Source of the DNA: Bryobacteraceae bacterium
GTDB lineage: Bacteria > Acidobacteriota > Terriglobia > Bryobacterales > Bryobacteraceae
DNA length: 64,000 nt
Direction: 5' to 3'
Assembly (NCBI GenBank): GCA_035293845.1
Contig: DATGMB010000240.1
Location: 1,476-65,475, forward strand
Made by a program: the position numbers and the translations under genes. Positions 8,969 to 17,683 of this stretch are shown piece after piece. The stretch's first letter is position 1, and each line of letters starts with the position of its first letter. The notes under the pieces are model-generated. The model saw only the letters and a program-made list of their open reading frames with translations, was not told where the DNA came from and searched no databases.

Positions 8969-10236
8969 ATCCCGTACAGCTTTTTCGCGTTGTCCCGCAG
9001 GACCATGCGTGCCAGCTCGCTCGCACGTTCCCGCGTGATTTCACCGTCGCGGAGCATGGCGGTCAGCGCGATGGCCAGGGCTTTGCGTCCGGCGCGGGCG
9101 GCCGCGACCAGGGATTCTTCCCATCCCATTTCATCGCTGTAGGGATAGGCATCGGTCGCGAACATCACTTTTTCGGGCACGAACTCCAGCCATTCGCGGA
9201 GCGTTTGGGCGAGCGTGGCCGGTGCGAGCGACAAAGACTGCGCGGAGAAATCGACGTAAGCGTTGGGCTTGGTGAGCAGGGCGGTGATTTCGCGGGTAAA
9301 CGGCCAGCCGCCGTGGATCATGACGAATTTCGTCTTGCGCAGTCCAGGATCGTCGAGCACGGATTCGAGGTTCAGCGGGTTGGCGCCGGCGACGTCGAAA
9401 TATCCTCCCGCGCCGGCCATGGTGTGGATGTGGACGGCCATGCCGAGGCGGCCGCATTCGGCGGCGATGTAGCGGAAGAAGTAATCCTGGAGCGGCTTGT
9501 ATTCGGCTTCCGAAAGGGCGGCGTGACGGGCATAAATTCGCTCGGCCGCGGCGCGGTCGACGGCATCGAACGAAAGCGAGCGGAGATAAGCGGCTTCGAA
9601 CTTTCCGGCGATGGCGCCGCCCTGGCGCTGGCGTTCGAGAGTCGGGGTCACCACGCGCGCGAGATACCCGGCGAGCGTGGCGGGCGGCGCGGTGAGGCCG
9701 GAATCGCGGAGATAGCGCTCGCGCAGCTTGTCTTCGAGCGCGAAAAACGACTTGCGGTCGGAGTTGCGGGCGGCGAGCGCATCGGTGGGGAGCGGGTACA
9801 TCAGGGCGTCGAGGTAGGGCACCCAGCGGAAGCGCGGCGGCTGAATGCTCGGGCCCATTTTGACGCGGTTGGCGAACAGGATCTCGATGCCGGCGCGGTC
9901 GAGCACCCAGGCGGGATAGGCGTTGCCGCGCTCCTGGATGGCGCGGGCTTTGGCGGCGCGGTCCGTGGAGCCGTACAGAGCGCGGGCGGCGTCGAGGACG
10001 GCCGGCGCGCCGGGCCGGAGATTGACGGGATCGGATTCGGGCTCCATGTTGTCGACGGGCAGGGCGTCGAAGAAGCGGTCGGCGGGCTCGCCGGGCGCGG
10101 TGACGCGGACGGGGTGCGCGTGATTGTCGATGGCGGGGATGCGGTCGATTTCCGCGGCGAGATCGGGGTCGGCCGCGGGGCGGTCGCGGGCGCATCCGGC
10201 AAGCAGGAGGAGGGCGATCAGGAGAACGCGTATCAC
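8965..10236 (-). CDS. Amidohydrolase-family metal-dependent hydrolase, lipoprotein
   Basis: The lipobox signal is MIRVLLIALLLLAGC. The IDNHAHP metal-binding motif is followed by a TIM-barrel amidohydrolase-like pattern (HIHTMAG...MIHGGWP...ATDAYP). Confidence 0.75.
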   Translation of the reverse strand: MIRVLLIALLLLAGCARDRPAADPDLAAEIDRIPAIDNHAHPVRVTAPGEPADRFFDALPVDNMEPESDPVNLRPGAPAVLDAARALYGSTDRAAKARAIQERGNAYPAWVLDRAGIEILFANRVKMGPSIQPPRFRWVPYLDALMYPLPTDALAARNSDRKSFFALEDKLRERYLRDSGLTAPPATLAGYLARVVTPTLERQRQGGAIAGKFEAAYLRSLSFDAVDRAAAERIYARHAALSEAEYKPLQDYFFRYIAAECGRLGMAVHIHTMAGAGGYFDVAGANPLNLESVLDDPGLRKTKFVMIHGGWPFTREITALLTKPNAYVDFSAQSLSLAPATLAQTLREWLEFVPEKVMFATDAYPYSDEMGWEESLVAAARAGRKALAIALTAMLRDGEITRERASELARMVLRDNAKKLYGI

Positions 10237-10282
10237 GGCTACAGATTTTACCTATACCTGATCTCTAGTTCTGCCCGATACA

Positions 10283-11980
10283 TTGGTATCATTGCGATAC
10301 ATGAGGTTTCTCGCGCCGCTCGTCCTATTTCTGTCTATGGCAGGCCATTCGCAGGACCGCTCGCAGGCGCGGTCGATGGTGATGACGGACCGCGGGATCG
10401 TGGCGACCAGCCAGACGCTCGCGTCGCAGGCCGGCGCGCAGGTGCTGGCGCGGGGCGGTTCGGCGATGGATGCGGCCATCGCGGCCAATGCGGTGCTCGG
10501 CGTGGTGGAGCCGGAAAGCTGCGGGTTGGGCGGCGACCTGTTCGCGATTTACTGGGAGGCGAAGACCGGAAAGATTACGGGGATCAACGCCAGCGGCTGG
10601 GCGCCGCGCGCGCTTTCGATCGATTTTCTGAAATCGCTCGGCAATAAAGAGATGCCGCAGGAGGGCATCCAATCGGTGACCGTGCCGGGAGCGGCGGATG
10701 GCTGTGAGAAGCTGCATCAGCGCTTCGGCAAACTGCCGTGGAAGGACCTGTTCCAACCCGCGATCTATTATGCCGAGCACGGCTACCCCGTGACGGAAAT
10801 AATCGCGGCGGCGTGGAGGATGGAGGAGGCGAAACTGGCCAAGGATGCCAACGCCTCGAAGATCCTGCTGCACAATGGCGCGGCACCGCGGGCGGGAGAG
10901 GTGTTTCGCGATCCGCAGATGGCGGCGGCGTACCGGCTGCTGGCTACAGAGGGCGCGGCGGCGTTTTACCGCGGCGCGATCGCCAAGGCCATCCTGCGAA
11001 CGAGCGAGCGGCTGGGCGGCAAGATGGAGGCGGCGGACCTGAGCGAGTTCCAGTCCGAATGGGTTGAGCCGCTTTCCACCGATTATCACGGCTGGAAGGT
11101 GTACGAGCTGCCGCCGAGCGGGCAGGGGATCGCGGCGCTCGAGATGCTGAACCTGTTCTCGCTGTTTCCCCTGGCGACGCTTCCGCCGCGCGGCGTCGAG
11201 GAAGTGCACGTGCAGATGGAGGCGCAGAAGCTGGCCTACGCGGATCTCGAGCGTTACGTGGCGGACATGCGCTTCAGCCAGGTGCCGGTGGCCGGGATGC
11301 TCTCGATGGATTACGCGCGGGAGCGGGCAAAGCGGATCGATCGCGAGAAAGCCAGCGCGTGCGTGGCGGAGCCGGGACATCCGCCGGGGGTGCCAGCGGG
11401 GAACACGATTTACCTTTCGGTGGTGGATAAAGACGGCAACATCGCGTCGCTGATCCAGAGCCTGTACCAGCACTTCGGCTCGGGCGTGGTGGTGGATGAC
11501 TACGGCTTCGCGCTGCAGAACCGCGGCGGGCTGTTCGAGATGAATCCGGCGCATCCCAATGCGCTGGCCGGGCGGAAACGCCCGTTCCACACGATCATTC
11601 CGGCGTTCATGGAGAAGGGCGACATCCACATGGGCTTCGGAATCATGGGCGGGCTGAACCAGGCGCAGGCGCACGCGCAGTTCGTTTCCAACGTGGTCGA
11701 CCACGGGATGAACATCCAGATGGCGCTCGAGGCGCCGCGGTTCACCCGGATCAAGTTCGGCGACTGCGAGTTTTCCGTGGAGAGCCGCTTCGCGCCGGCG
11801 GTGATTACCGGGCTCGTGGGGAAGGGCCACAAACTGAAGGTGCTGGGTGAATTTGCGAGCGACGTGGGCGGCGGGCAGGCCGTGATCCACGATGCGAAAA
11901 CGGGCGTGAACTACGGCGCGTCCGACCCGCGCAAGGACGGGGCCGCGGTGCCCGAGCCGGCGCCGTATTTCGGGCAGTAA
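10283..11980 (+). CDS. ggt: Gamma-glutamyltransferase
   Basis: The 565-aa product has a signal peptide. Family motifs are GGSAMDAAIAANAVLGVVEP, the autoprocessing region PAGNTIYLSVVDKDGN, and GSGVVVDDYGFALQNRG...GGLNQAQAHAQ. Confidence 0.9.
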   Translation: MVSLRYMRFLAPLVLFLSMAGHSQDRSQARSMVMTDRGIVATSQTLASQAGAQVLARGGSAMDAAIAANAVLGVVEPESCGLGGDLFAIYWEAKTGKITGINASGWAPRALSIDFLKSLGNKEMPQEGIQSVTVPGAADGCEKLHQRFGKLPWKDLFQPAIYYAEHGYPVTEIIAAAWRMEEAKLAKDANASKILLHNGAAPRAGEVFRDPQMAAAYRLLATEGAAAFYRGAIAKAILRTSERLGGKMEAADLSEFQSEWVEPLSTDYHGWKVYELPPSGQGIAALEMLNLFSLFPLATLPPRGVEEVHVQMEAQKLAYADLERYVADMRFSQVPVAGMLSMDYARERAKRIDREKASACVAEPGHPPGVPAGNTIYLSVVDKDGNIASLIQSLYQHFGSGVVVDDYGFALQNRGGLFEMNPAHPNALAGRKRPFHTIIPAFMEKGDIHMGFGIMGGLNQAQAHAQFVSNVVDHGMNIQMALEAPRFTRIKFGDCEFSVESRFAPAVITGLVGKGHKLKVLGEFASDVGGGQAVIHDAKTGVNYGASDPRKDGAAVPEPAPYFGQ

Positions 11981-12064
11981 GACACCTCGCGCCGATGACG
12001 CCGGCTCACCGATGAGCCACTTGAATCCGGATCTGACTGATTTTAAAGGGGCGAATTTTGCCAA

Positions 12065-12083
12065 GTGGATCATCATGATCCAC
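12065..12083. repeat. 19-bp perfect palindrome GTGGATCAT-C-ATGATCCAC between convergent genes
   Basis: Read directly. It lies in a locally AT-rich spacer between the ggt end (11980) and the biotin carrier gene end (12103). Confidence 0.6.
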
Positions 12084-12102
12084 CTCGCGGCTCGGGGGCG
12101 GG

Positions 12103-12603
12103 CTATTCGATGGTCGCCAAGACCTCGCCGGCCGCGACCGCCGCGCCCTCTTTCACCGCGATCGACGCCACTTTTCCGGCGCGGGGCGCCTTCATTTCGT
12201 TCTGCATTTTCATGGCTTCGACGACCATCAGGCCCTGGCCGGCTTCGACTGCGTCGCCGACTGCGGCGAGGACGCGGACCACTTTGCCGGGCATCGGCGC
12301 GGAAACGGTCTGGACGCCGCCGGCGCCGGCTGTGCCGGAACGGCGGCGGAAGCGGCGCGGGTCGCGCACCTCGATCTCGAAGCGATAGCCTTCGATCGCG
12401 ACGACCAGGCTCCCGGCGCGCTCCTCGACGCGGGCTTCGTAAGACCGGCCGTCCATGAGGATGGAATAGACGCCGGGCTCGGGCGTTTCCACCTGCGCCG
12501 CGCGCTCGGGTCCTTCGCCGAGCCGGAAGCGGCAATCGGGCGCGGGGGCGAGGATCTCGATGGAATCCTCCGGGCCGGCGTTGACTGTGAGTGCGAGTTT
12601 CAT
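12103..12603 (-). CDS. Biotin carboxyl carrier / biotinyl-domain protein with N-terminal BT-like extension
   Basis: The C-terminal biotinylation motif is VVEAMKMQNEM. Its ATG overlaps the stop of the upstream biotin carboxylase gene (ATGA). Confidence 0.8.
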   Translation of the reverse strand: MKLALTVNAGPEDSIEILAPAPDCRFRLGEGPERAAQVETPEPGVYSILMDGRSYEARVEERAGSLVVAIEGYRFEIEVRDPRRFRRRSGTAGAGGVQTVSAPMPGKVVRVLAAVGDAVEAGQGLMVVEAMKMQNEMKAPRAGKVASIAVKEGAAVAAGEVLATIE

Positions 12604-14090
12604 CGGAGCAGTTCGCTCCTGCCGGCTTCAAGCCAGCGGCTGGCTGGGGCTGCGGGTGCCGGAGAGGGCGCGGACGCGGCGGCATGGAGGGCCGCGGCAA
12701 GCGCGGCCACGGCGGCCAGTTCGGGCGGCGGCGCGGGCGGCGCGGTGCGGGCGAAGAATTCGTCGATGAAGCCGGTGTGCAGGTTGCCGGCGCGGAATTC
12801 GGGGTCTTCGAGGATCTGGCGGAAGAAGCCGATATTGGTGCGGATGCCGCCGACTTCATACTCGCGGAGCGCGCGCAGCATGCGGCCGATGGCCTCCTCC
12901 CGCGTTCCGGCCCACACCGCGAGCTTGGCGAGCAGCGGGTCGTATTCCATGGGGACGGTCCAGCCCTCATAGACGCAGCCATCGAGACGGATGCCGGGGC
13001 CGAGCGGCCGCGTGAGGCGGGTCAGCCTGCCGGGGGAAGGGAGAAAGTTGTTGTACGGATCTTCGGCGTAGATGCGGCACTCGATGGCGGAGCCGGTCCA
13101 GCGGACGTCGTCCTGGCGAATCGTGAGATGCCCGCCCGCGGCGATTTCGACCTGGAGGCGGACGAGGTCGAGGCCGGTCGCCAGTTCCGTGATGGGGTGC
13201 TCGACCTGCAGCCGCGTGTTCATCTCGAGGAAGTAAAAGCGTCGGTCCCGATCGACGAGGAATTCCACGGTGCCCGCATTGTAGTAACCCGCGGCGCAGG
13301 CGGCGCGGACGGCGGCCTCGCCCATGGCGCGGCGCAGTTCGGGATGTTGCGCGACCAGCGGCGAGGGGCATTCCTCGATGACCTTCTGATGGCGGCGCTG
13401 GATCGAGCATTCGCGCTCGCCCAGGTGGATCATGTGGCCGTAGCGGTCGCCGAGAACCTGGATTTCGATGTGGCGCGGGCGCTCGATCAGCTTTTCGACA
13501 TAGAGCGCAGGATCGCGGAAGGCGCGTTCGGCTTCGCTCGCCGCATTGCGGAACGCGGATTCGAGGTCGGATTCCCGGTCGACACGGCGCATGCCCTTGC
13601 CGCCGCCGCCGGACACGGCCTTGAGGAGCACCGGGTAACCGTGGGTAGCGGCGAAGGCGCGGGTCTCTTCGAAGGTGATGCTGCGATCGGTCCCCGGGAC
13701 GACCGGGGCGCCGCCGGCGATGGCGGTCCGGCGCGCGGCGGTCTTCGATCCCATGGCGCGGATCGAGGCGGCGGAAGGCCCGATGAAGACGATCCCGGTG
13801 TCCTCGCAGGCGGCGGCGAAATCGGCGTTCTCGCTGAGGAATCCGTAGCCGGGGTGAATGGCTTCGGCGCCGTGCCGGCGGGCGGCATCGAGAATGCGGT
13901 CGATGCGGAGATAGCTTTCGGACGAGGGCGCGGGCCCGATGTGTTCGGCTTCATCGGCCATGCGGACGTGGAGCGAGGTGCGGTCGGCGTCGGAGAAGAC
14001 GGCCACGGAGGAGATGCCCATTTCGCGGAGCGTGCGGATCACACGGACGGCGATCTCGCCGCGGTTGGCGACCAGGACCTTGCGGAACAC
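12600..14090 (-). CDS. Biotin carboxylase (acetyl/propionyl/methylcrotonyl-CoA carboxylase alpha-type BC domain)
   Basis: The N-terminus is MFRKVLVANRGEIAVRVIRT. ATP-grasp motifs follow (GYPVLLKAVSGGGGKGMR, EMNTRLQVEHPITE). The Ala/Pro-rich C-terminal linker resembles the one inside single-chain PCC/MCC alpha subunits. Confidence 0.9.
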   Translation of the reverse strand: MFRKVLVANRGEIAVRVIRTLREMGISSVAVFSDADRTSLHVRMADEAEHIGPAPSSESYLRIDRILDAARRHGAEAIHPGYGFLSENADFAAACEDTGIVFIGPSAASIRAMGSKTAARRTAIAGGAPVVPGTDRSITFEETRAFAATHGYPVLLKAVSGGGGKGMRRVDRESDLESAFRNAASEAERAFRDPALYVEKLIERPRHIEIQVLGDRYGHMIHLGERECSIQRRHQKVIEECPSPLVAQHPELRRAMGEAAVRAACAAGYYNAGTVEFLVDRDRRFYFLEMNTRLQVEHPITELATGLDLVRLQVEIAAGGHLTIRQDDVRWTGSAIECRIYAEDPYNNFLPSPGRLTRLTRPLGPGIRLDGCVYEGWTVPMEYDPLLAKLAVWAGTREEAIGRMLRALREYEVGGIRTNIGFFRQILEDPEFRAGNLHTGFIDEFFARTAPPAPPPELAAVAALAAALHAAASAPSPAPAAPASRWLEAGRSELLR

Positions 14091-14134
14091 GTGGAGATTG
14101 TAACAGGCGTGCGGGCAATTCGAGCCTGCTAGAA

Positions 14135-14686
14135 TTGACTTCCATGGCCCTGGACTCGATAGAAGGATCGCTCAAAGAGCGGGGCGTCCGGCTGACGCGG
14201 CAGCGGCAGATTCTCCTGGACCTGATCGACAAAACGGGCGAGCATCTCGACGCCGAGCGGCTCTACCAGATGGCCAAGGAGAAAGACCCCAAGCTGAACC
14301 GCGTGACCGTTTACCGCACGCTGAAGATGCTGAAGGCCGGCGGGCTGGTCGATGAGCTGGACCTGATGCACTACGCGGGCGACCAGCATTATTACGAGAC
14401 GCGGCGGAAACAGGAGCACGCGCACGTCGTCTGCCTGCGCTGCGGCAAGGTGGAGGAGTTTTTCGGCGAGCCGCTGCAGCGGCTGCGCAAGCAGATCGAG
14501 AGCCACTTCGGTTTCCAGGTTTTGCTGGCGCGGACCGAGGTGGGGGGCTATTGCGCGCACTGTCAGACGCTGCGCTCGCGCGAAGTGGAGGACATCCGCC
14601 GTTCGGAGGAGGCTCAGGAGACGGCCGGCGCATCGCGGAACCGGACGGCGCGGCCGCGGGCGCGTGCGAGCCGGACGCGCCGCTGA
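14135..14686 (+). CDS. Fur-family metalloregulator with ~38-aa basic C-terminal tail
   Basis: The wHTH reads RLTRQRQILLDLI...VTVYRTLKML. The metal and Zn sites are HAHVVCLRCGKVEEF...GGYCAHCQ. The extra tail is ...RNRTARPRARASRTRR. Confidence 0.85.
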   Translation: MTSMALDSIEGSLKERGVRLTRQRQILLDLIDKTGEHLDAERLYQMAKEKDPKLNRVTVYRTLKMLKAGGLVDELDLMHYAGDQHYYETRRKQEHAHVVCLRCGKVEEFFGEPLQRLRKQIESHFGFQVLLARTEVGGYCAHCQTLRSREVEDIRRSEEAQETAGASRNRTARPRARASRTRR

Positions 14687-16377
14687 TGCCGGGCGAATCG
14701 GGGGGGGAGAGCCGGCCGGCCGCCGGCGCGGAGGCGGCGTCGCTGATCGTCGTGGATCCGAGCGGGCACCGGTCGCGGGTGGCGATCGAGCCGCTGCCCT
14801 TCCGCATCGGCCGGCACGCCGAGAACCACCTGATCCTGCGGGACAGCCGGGCCTCGCGCACACACGCCCGCATCGTGGCCGAGGGCGGCGAATACTGGCT
14901 GGAGGATTGCGGCAGCCGCCACGGCACGTTTCTGAACGGCCGGCGCGTGGCTCGCGCGGCGCTGCGCAACGCCGACCGCATCGATTTCGGCGCGCCGGAC
15001 TCCTACCAGCTCATCTTCGCGCTGGACGCGGCGGAGATGCGGCGGCTGATGGAGCAGATCGCCGCGCCGGAGGGCCACCCAGGCCAAGGGGTGGGCGCGA
15101 ACATGGCCAAGCTGCGCGCCATCCTGGATCTGGCGCGCACGCTGCAGAGCTCGTTTTCCGTGGATGACGTGCTGGCGCAGGTCGTCGACGCGGCGCTTGC
15201 GGTCACGGGCACCGAGCGCGGCTTCCTGATGCTGCGCACGGCGCAGGGTCTCGAGACGCGCGTGGCGCGGCACCGCAGGGGGCACAAGCTGCGGGAGGAC
15301 GATCTGCGCGTGCCGCGCGAAGTCCTGCACCGGGCGCTCCAGCACCGGCGCGAGCTGCTTTCCATGAACTTCGACCCGGTATCGGCCGGGACGACGGCGC
15401 AGAACAGCATCGCGGACCTCGAGCTGCGCAGCGTGGTGTGCGTCCCGCTGGTGCGCATCCGGGCGGGGCAGGGCGATGCGACCAGCGTGCTGAAGGCCGG
15501 CGCGGAAACGGTCGGGCTGCTCTACATGGATTCGCGCGTGGCGGCGGCGGACCTGGCGGGCGGCAACCGGGAACTGCTGCAGACGCTCGCCATCGAAGCG
15601 TCCACGGTGCTCGAAAACGCGCGGCTGCTCGAAGAGGAGCGCGCCAAGCAGCAGATGGAAGAGGAGCTGCGGCTGGCGCGCACGATCCAGCAAAGTCTGC
15701 TGCCGGGCCGGGTGCCGGAGGGCGGCTGGCTGCGCGCGGCCGGCAGCAGCGTGGCTTCGCGCCAGGTCGGCGGGGACTACTTCGATGTGACGAACGTGGC
15801 GCCGCACTGCTGGTCCGCGGTGGTGGCGGATGTATCGGGAAAGGGCGTGGCCTCGGCGCTGCTTGCGTCCCTGATCCAGGGAGCGCTGATCGCGGCGACG
15901 GATCACCCGGCAGCGCTGGGACATCGCACGGAGCGGCTCAACCGCTTCCTGCTGGACCGCACCGGCGGGGAAAAGTACGCGACGGTCTTCTACTGCCTCA
16001 TTATGGAGAACGGCGCGCTGCATTACGTGAATGCGGGGCATTGCGCGCCGCTGCTCGTGCGGCCGGACGGCGCGCATCGCACGCTGGAGGCGACGGCCAT
16101 GCCGGTGGGGATGCTGGATGGCGCGGAGTACGCGGTCGCGGCGGAGCGCCTCGAGCGCGGCGACAAGATCGTGATCTATACCGACGGCGTCAGCGAAGCG
16201 CAGAACACGGCCGGCGAATACTTCGGCAAGCGCCGGATTCGGGAGGTCGCGGCGGCGCATGCTGGGGCGGGGTGCGCGGACGTCCACCGGGCGCTTCAGG
16301 ACGCCGTGGCGGCATTCACCGAAGGCGCGGCGCAGACGGACGATATCACGCTGCTGGTGCTGGAATACGCGGGGTAG
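14686..16377 (+). CDS. FHA-GAF-PP2C (SpoIIE/RsbU-type) serine phosphatase
   Basis: I place the start at ATG 14686, which overlaps the Fur stop (TGATG). The FHA region is PLPFRIGRHAENHLILRDSRASRTHARIV...HGTFLNG, followed by a GAF-like middle. PP2C motifs are GGDYFDV, VADVSGKGV and VIYTDGVSEA. Confidence 0.8.
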   Translation: MPGESGGESRPAAGAEAASLIVVDPSGHRSRVAIEPLPFRIGRHAENHLILRDSRASRTHARIVAEGGEYWLEDCGSRHGTFLNGRRVARAALRNADRIDFGAPDSYQLIFALDAAEMRRLMEQIAAPEGHPGQGVGANMAKLRAILDLARTLQSSFSVDDVLAQVVDAALAVTGTERGFLMLRTAQGLETRVARHRRGHKLREDDLRVPREVLHRALQHRRELLSMNFDPVSAGTTAQNSIADLELRSVVCVPLVRIRAGQGDATSVLKAGAETVGLLYMDSRVAAADLAGGNRELLQTLAIEASTVLENARLLEEERAKQQMEEELRLARTIQQSLLPGRVPEGGWLRAAGSSVASRQVGGDYFDVTNVAPHCWSAVVADVSGKGVASALLASLIQGALIAATDHPAALGHRTERLNRFLLDRTGGEKYATVFYCLIMENGALHYVNAGHCAPLLVRPDGAHRTLEATAMPVGMLDGAEYAVAAERLERGDKIVIYTDGVSEAQNTAGEYFGKRRIREVAAAHAGAGCADVHRALQDAVAAFTEGAAQTDDITLLVLEYAG

Positions 16378-16420
16378 AACCGCTATGTACGCGGGACGCA
16401 TCGTCGCGCTGGACTTCCGA

Positions 16421-17218
16421 ATGCCAGAGAAGCTAAAGATTTTGATTACAGGCGCGGCACGTGGCATAGGAATGGCAACGGCGCAGGTACTTGCCAACCG
16501 AGGGCATTCCGTCGTTGCCACCGACATATCCCCGTTGAGTGGATTGCAAGGCATCCAGGCACATATGCTCGATGTCACCAGCGATGACTCCGTGGCGCAG
16601 TGCCTTAAAGAGGTTGGTCCGCTCGATGCAATCGTCAACAACGCAGCAATATTTGTTGGCGGAGGTCCGGTGGAAGGCTATCCACTGGATCGTTTCCGAC
16701 AGACGTTCGAGACAAACACGCTCGGCGCGTTGCGCGTAATCCAGGCGGTGTTGCCCGCCTGGCGAAAGCGGGGTTCCGGCGTCATCGTGAATGTATCGAG
16801 TGTGAACGGCCGAGTCTCCTCGCCGCTCCGAGCAGCGTACAGCGCCTCCAAGTTCGCGCTCGAAGCCTTGACGGAGTCACTGCACCTGGAAGTCCGTCAC
16901 TTTGGAATACGCAGCGTGTTAATTGAGCCCGGAGCGATCGCTACTGGCAGGAAACCGATCGAGCCTCATCAAGGACCAGCCGACTACGCCGGACTTTGGG
17001 AGCAGTGTGCCGGAGCCGATACCAAAACGACGGGGCCAAATGGCCCACCCGGACCCGAAGTTGTTGCATTAGCTATCGCGCGTGCAATCGAAGACCCCGC
17101 GACACCGCTCCGTGTACCGGTCGGCCAAGACGCTGAGATGATTTTGGGCTTGCGAAGAAGCCTTGACGATCAAGCATTCGAAGAGGCAATGAGAAAGGCC
17201 CTTGGGTTTACGTGGTGA
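16421..17218 (+). CDS. Short-chain dehydrogenase/reductase (SDR)
   Basis: The product has ILITGAARGIGMA (TGxxxGxG), NNAA and the catalytic YSASK. I chose the start at MPEKLK. GC and GC3 are clearly lower than in the neighbours. Confidence 0.8.
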   Translation: MPEKLKILITGAARGIGMATAQVLANRGHSVVATDISPLSGLQGIQAHMLDVTSDDSVAQCLKEVGPLDAIVNNAAIFVGGGPVEGYPLDRFRQTFETNTLGALRVIQAVLPAWRKRGSGVIVNVSSVNGRVSSPLRAAYSASKFALEALTESLHLEVRHFGIRSVLIEPGAIATGRKPIEPHQGPADYAGLWEQCAGADTKTTGPNGPPGPEVVALAIARAIEDPATPLRVPVGQDAEMILGLRRSLDDQAFEEAMRKALGFTW

Positions 17219-17338
17219 TGAGATGCAAGCCTCACTGACCAGGAGCGGCGTAGAGTCGCACCTGACGAAAAACGCCCGAGTATGAGATCTGGCATGACAA
17301 CCGGTCCGCGACCTGGAGCTTCCCAAGGCAAAAATTAA

Positions 17339-17372
17339 GGCCGGCCGGATCGCGCCTCGATTCCGGCCGGCC
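17339..17372 (-). terminator. Intrinsic-terminator-like hairpin oriented for the minus strand
   Basis: An 11-bp GC stem pairs ggccggccgga with tccggccggcc around a 12-nt loop. On the minus strand it is followed by cuuaauuuuugcc. No convincing minus-strand gene lies upstream of it. Confidence 0.4.
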
Positions 17373-17683
17373 CTCGGCAGCGGTCCAAGCCGTCCTCGCG
17401 GCCGCTCCGATGCGGCGGGGACGGCCCTGGAGGCAATCGACAGCGCTGCCGGCGACGTTCCCTCACGTGGTTACGCCCACAGTATACGCCGCAGTCGGAC
17501 CGGTGCATCCGAATTGACGGGCTGCGCCCGTAGGACAACGCACGGATCGGGCCTCCAATTTGTCCGAAAAGAAGCGGCCGGCCATAAAAAAATCGAATCG
17601 CGGCCATTCAAACTTCTGCTTTGGCGGCCTGTGGCCGGGCGTTGGACAATGAGGCTGATACTGCGCCGCTCCATAAGGATCGT

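Noticed and set aside
10325-12982. Very long antisense or overlapping ORFs. Examples are 10325-12982 (885 aa), 6788-8827, 5272-6837, 14614-16641, 41510-43798, 43491-45101, 30395-32269 and 3033-4058.
   Set aside because: They lie opposite or out of frame to ORFs with clear family motifs. Their translations are Arg/Pro/Ala/Gly-rich low-complexity strings typical of stop-poor shadow frames in high-GC DNA. None shows a recognisable motif.
17622-17636. A sigma-54-like promoter TGGCGGCCTGTGGCC upstream of amtB.
   Set aside because: The GG and GC elements are spaced one nucleotide off the canonical TGGCAC-N5-TTGC register, and the match is weak in GC-rich sequence. It is not supportable without experimental or comparative data.
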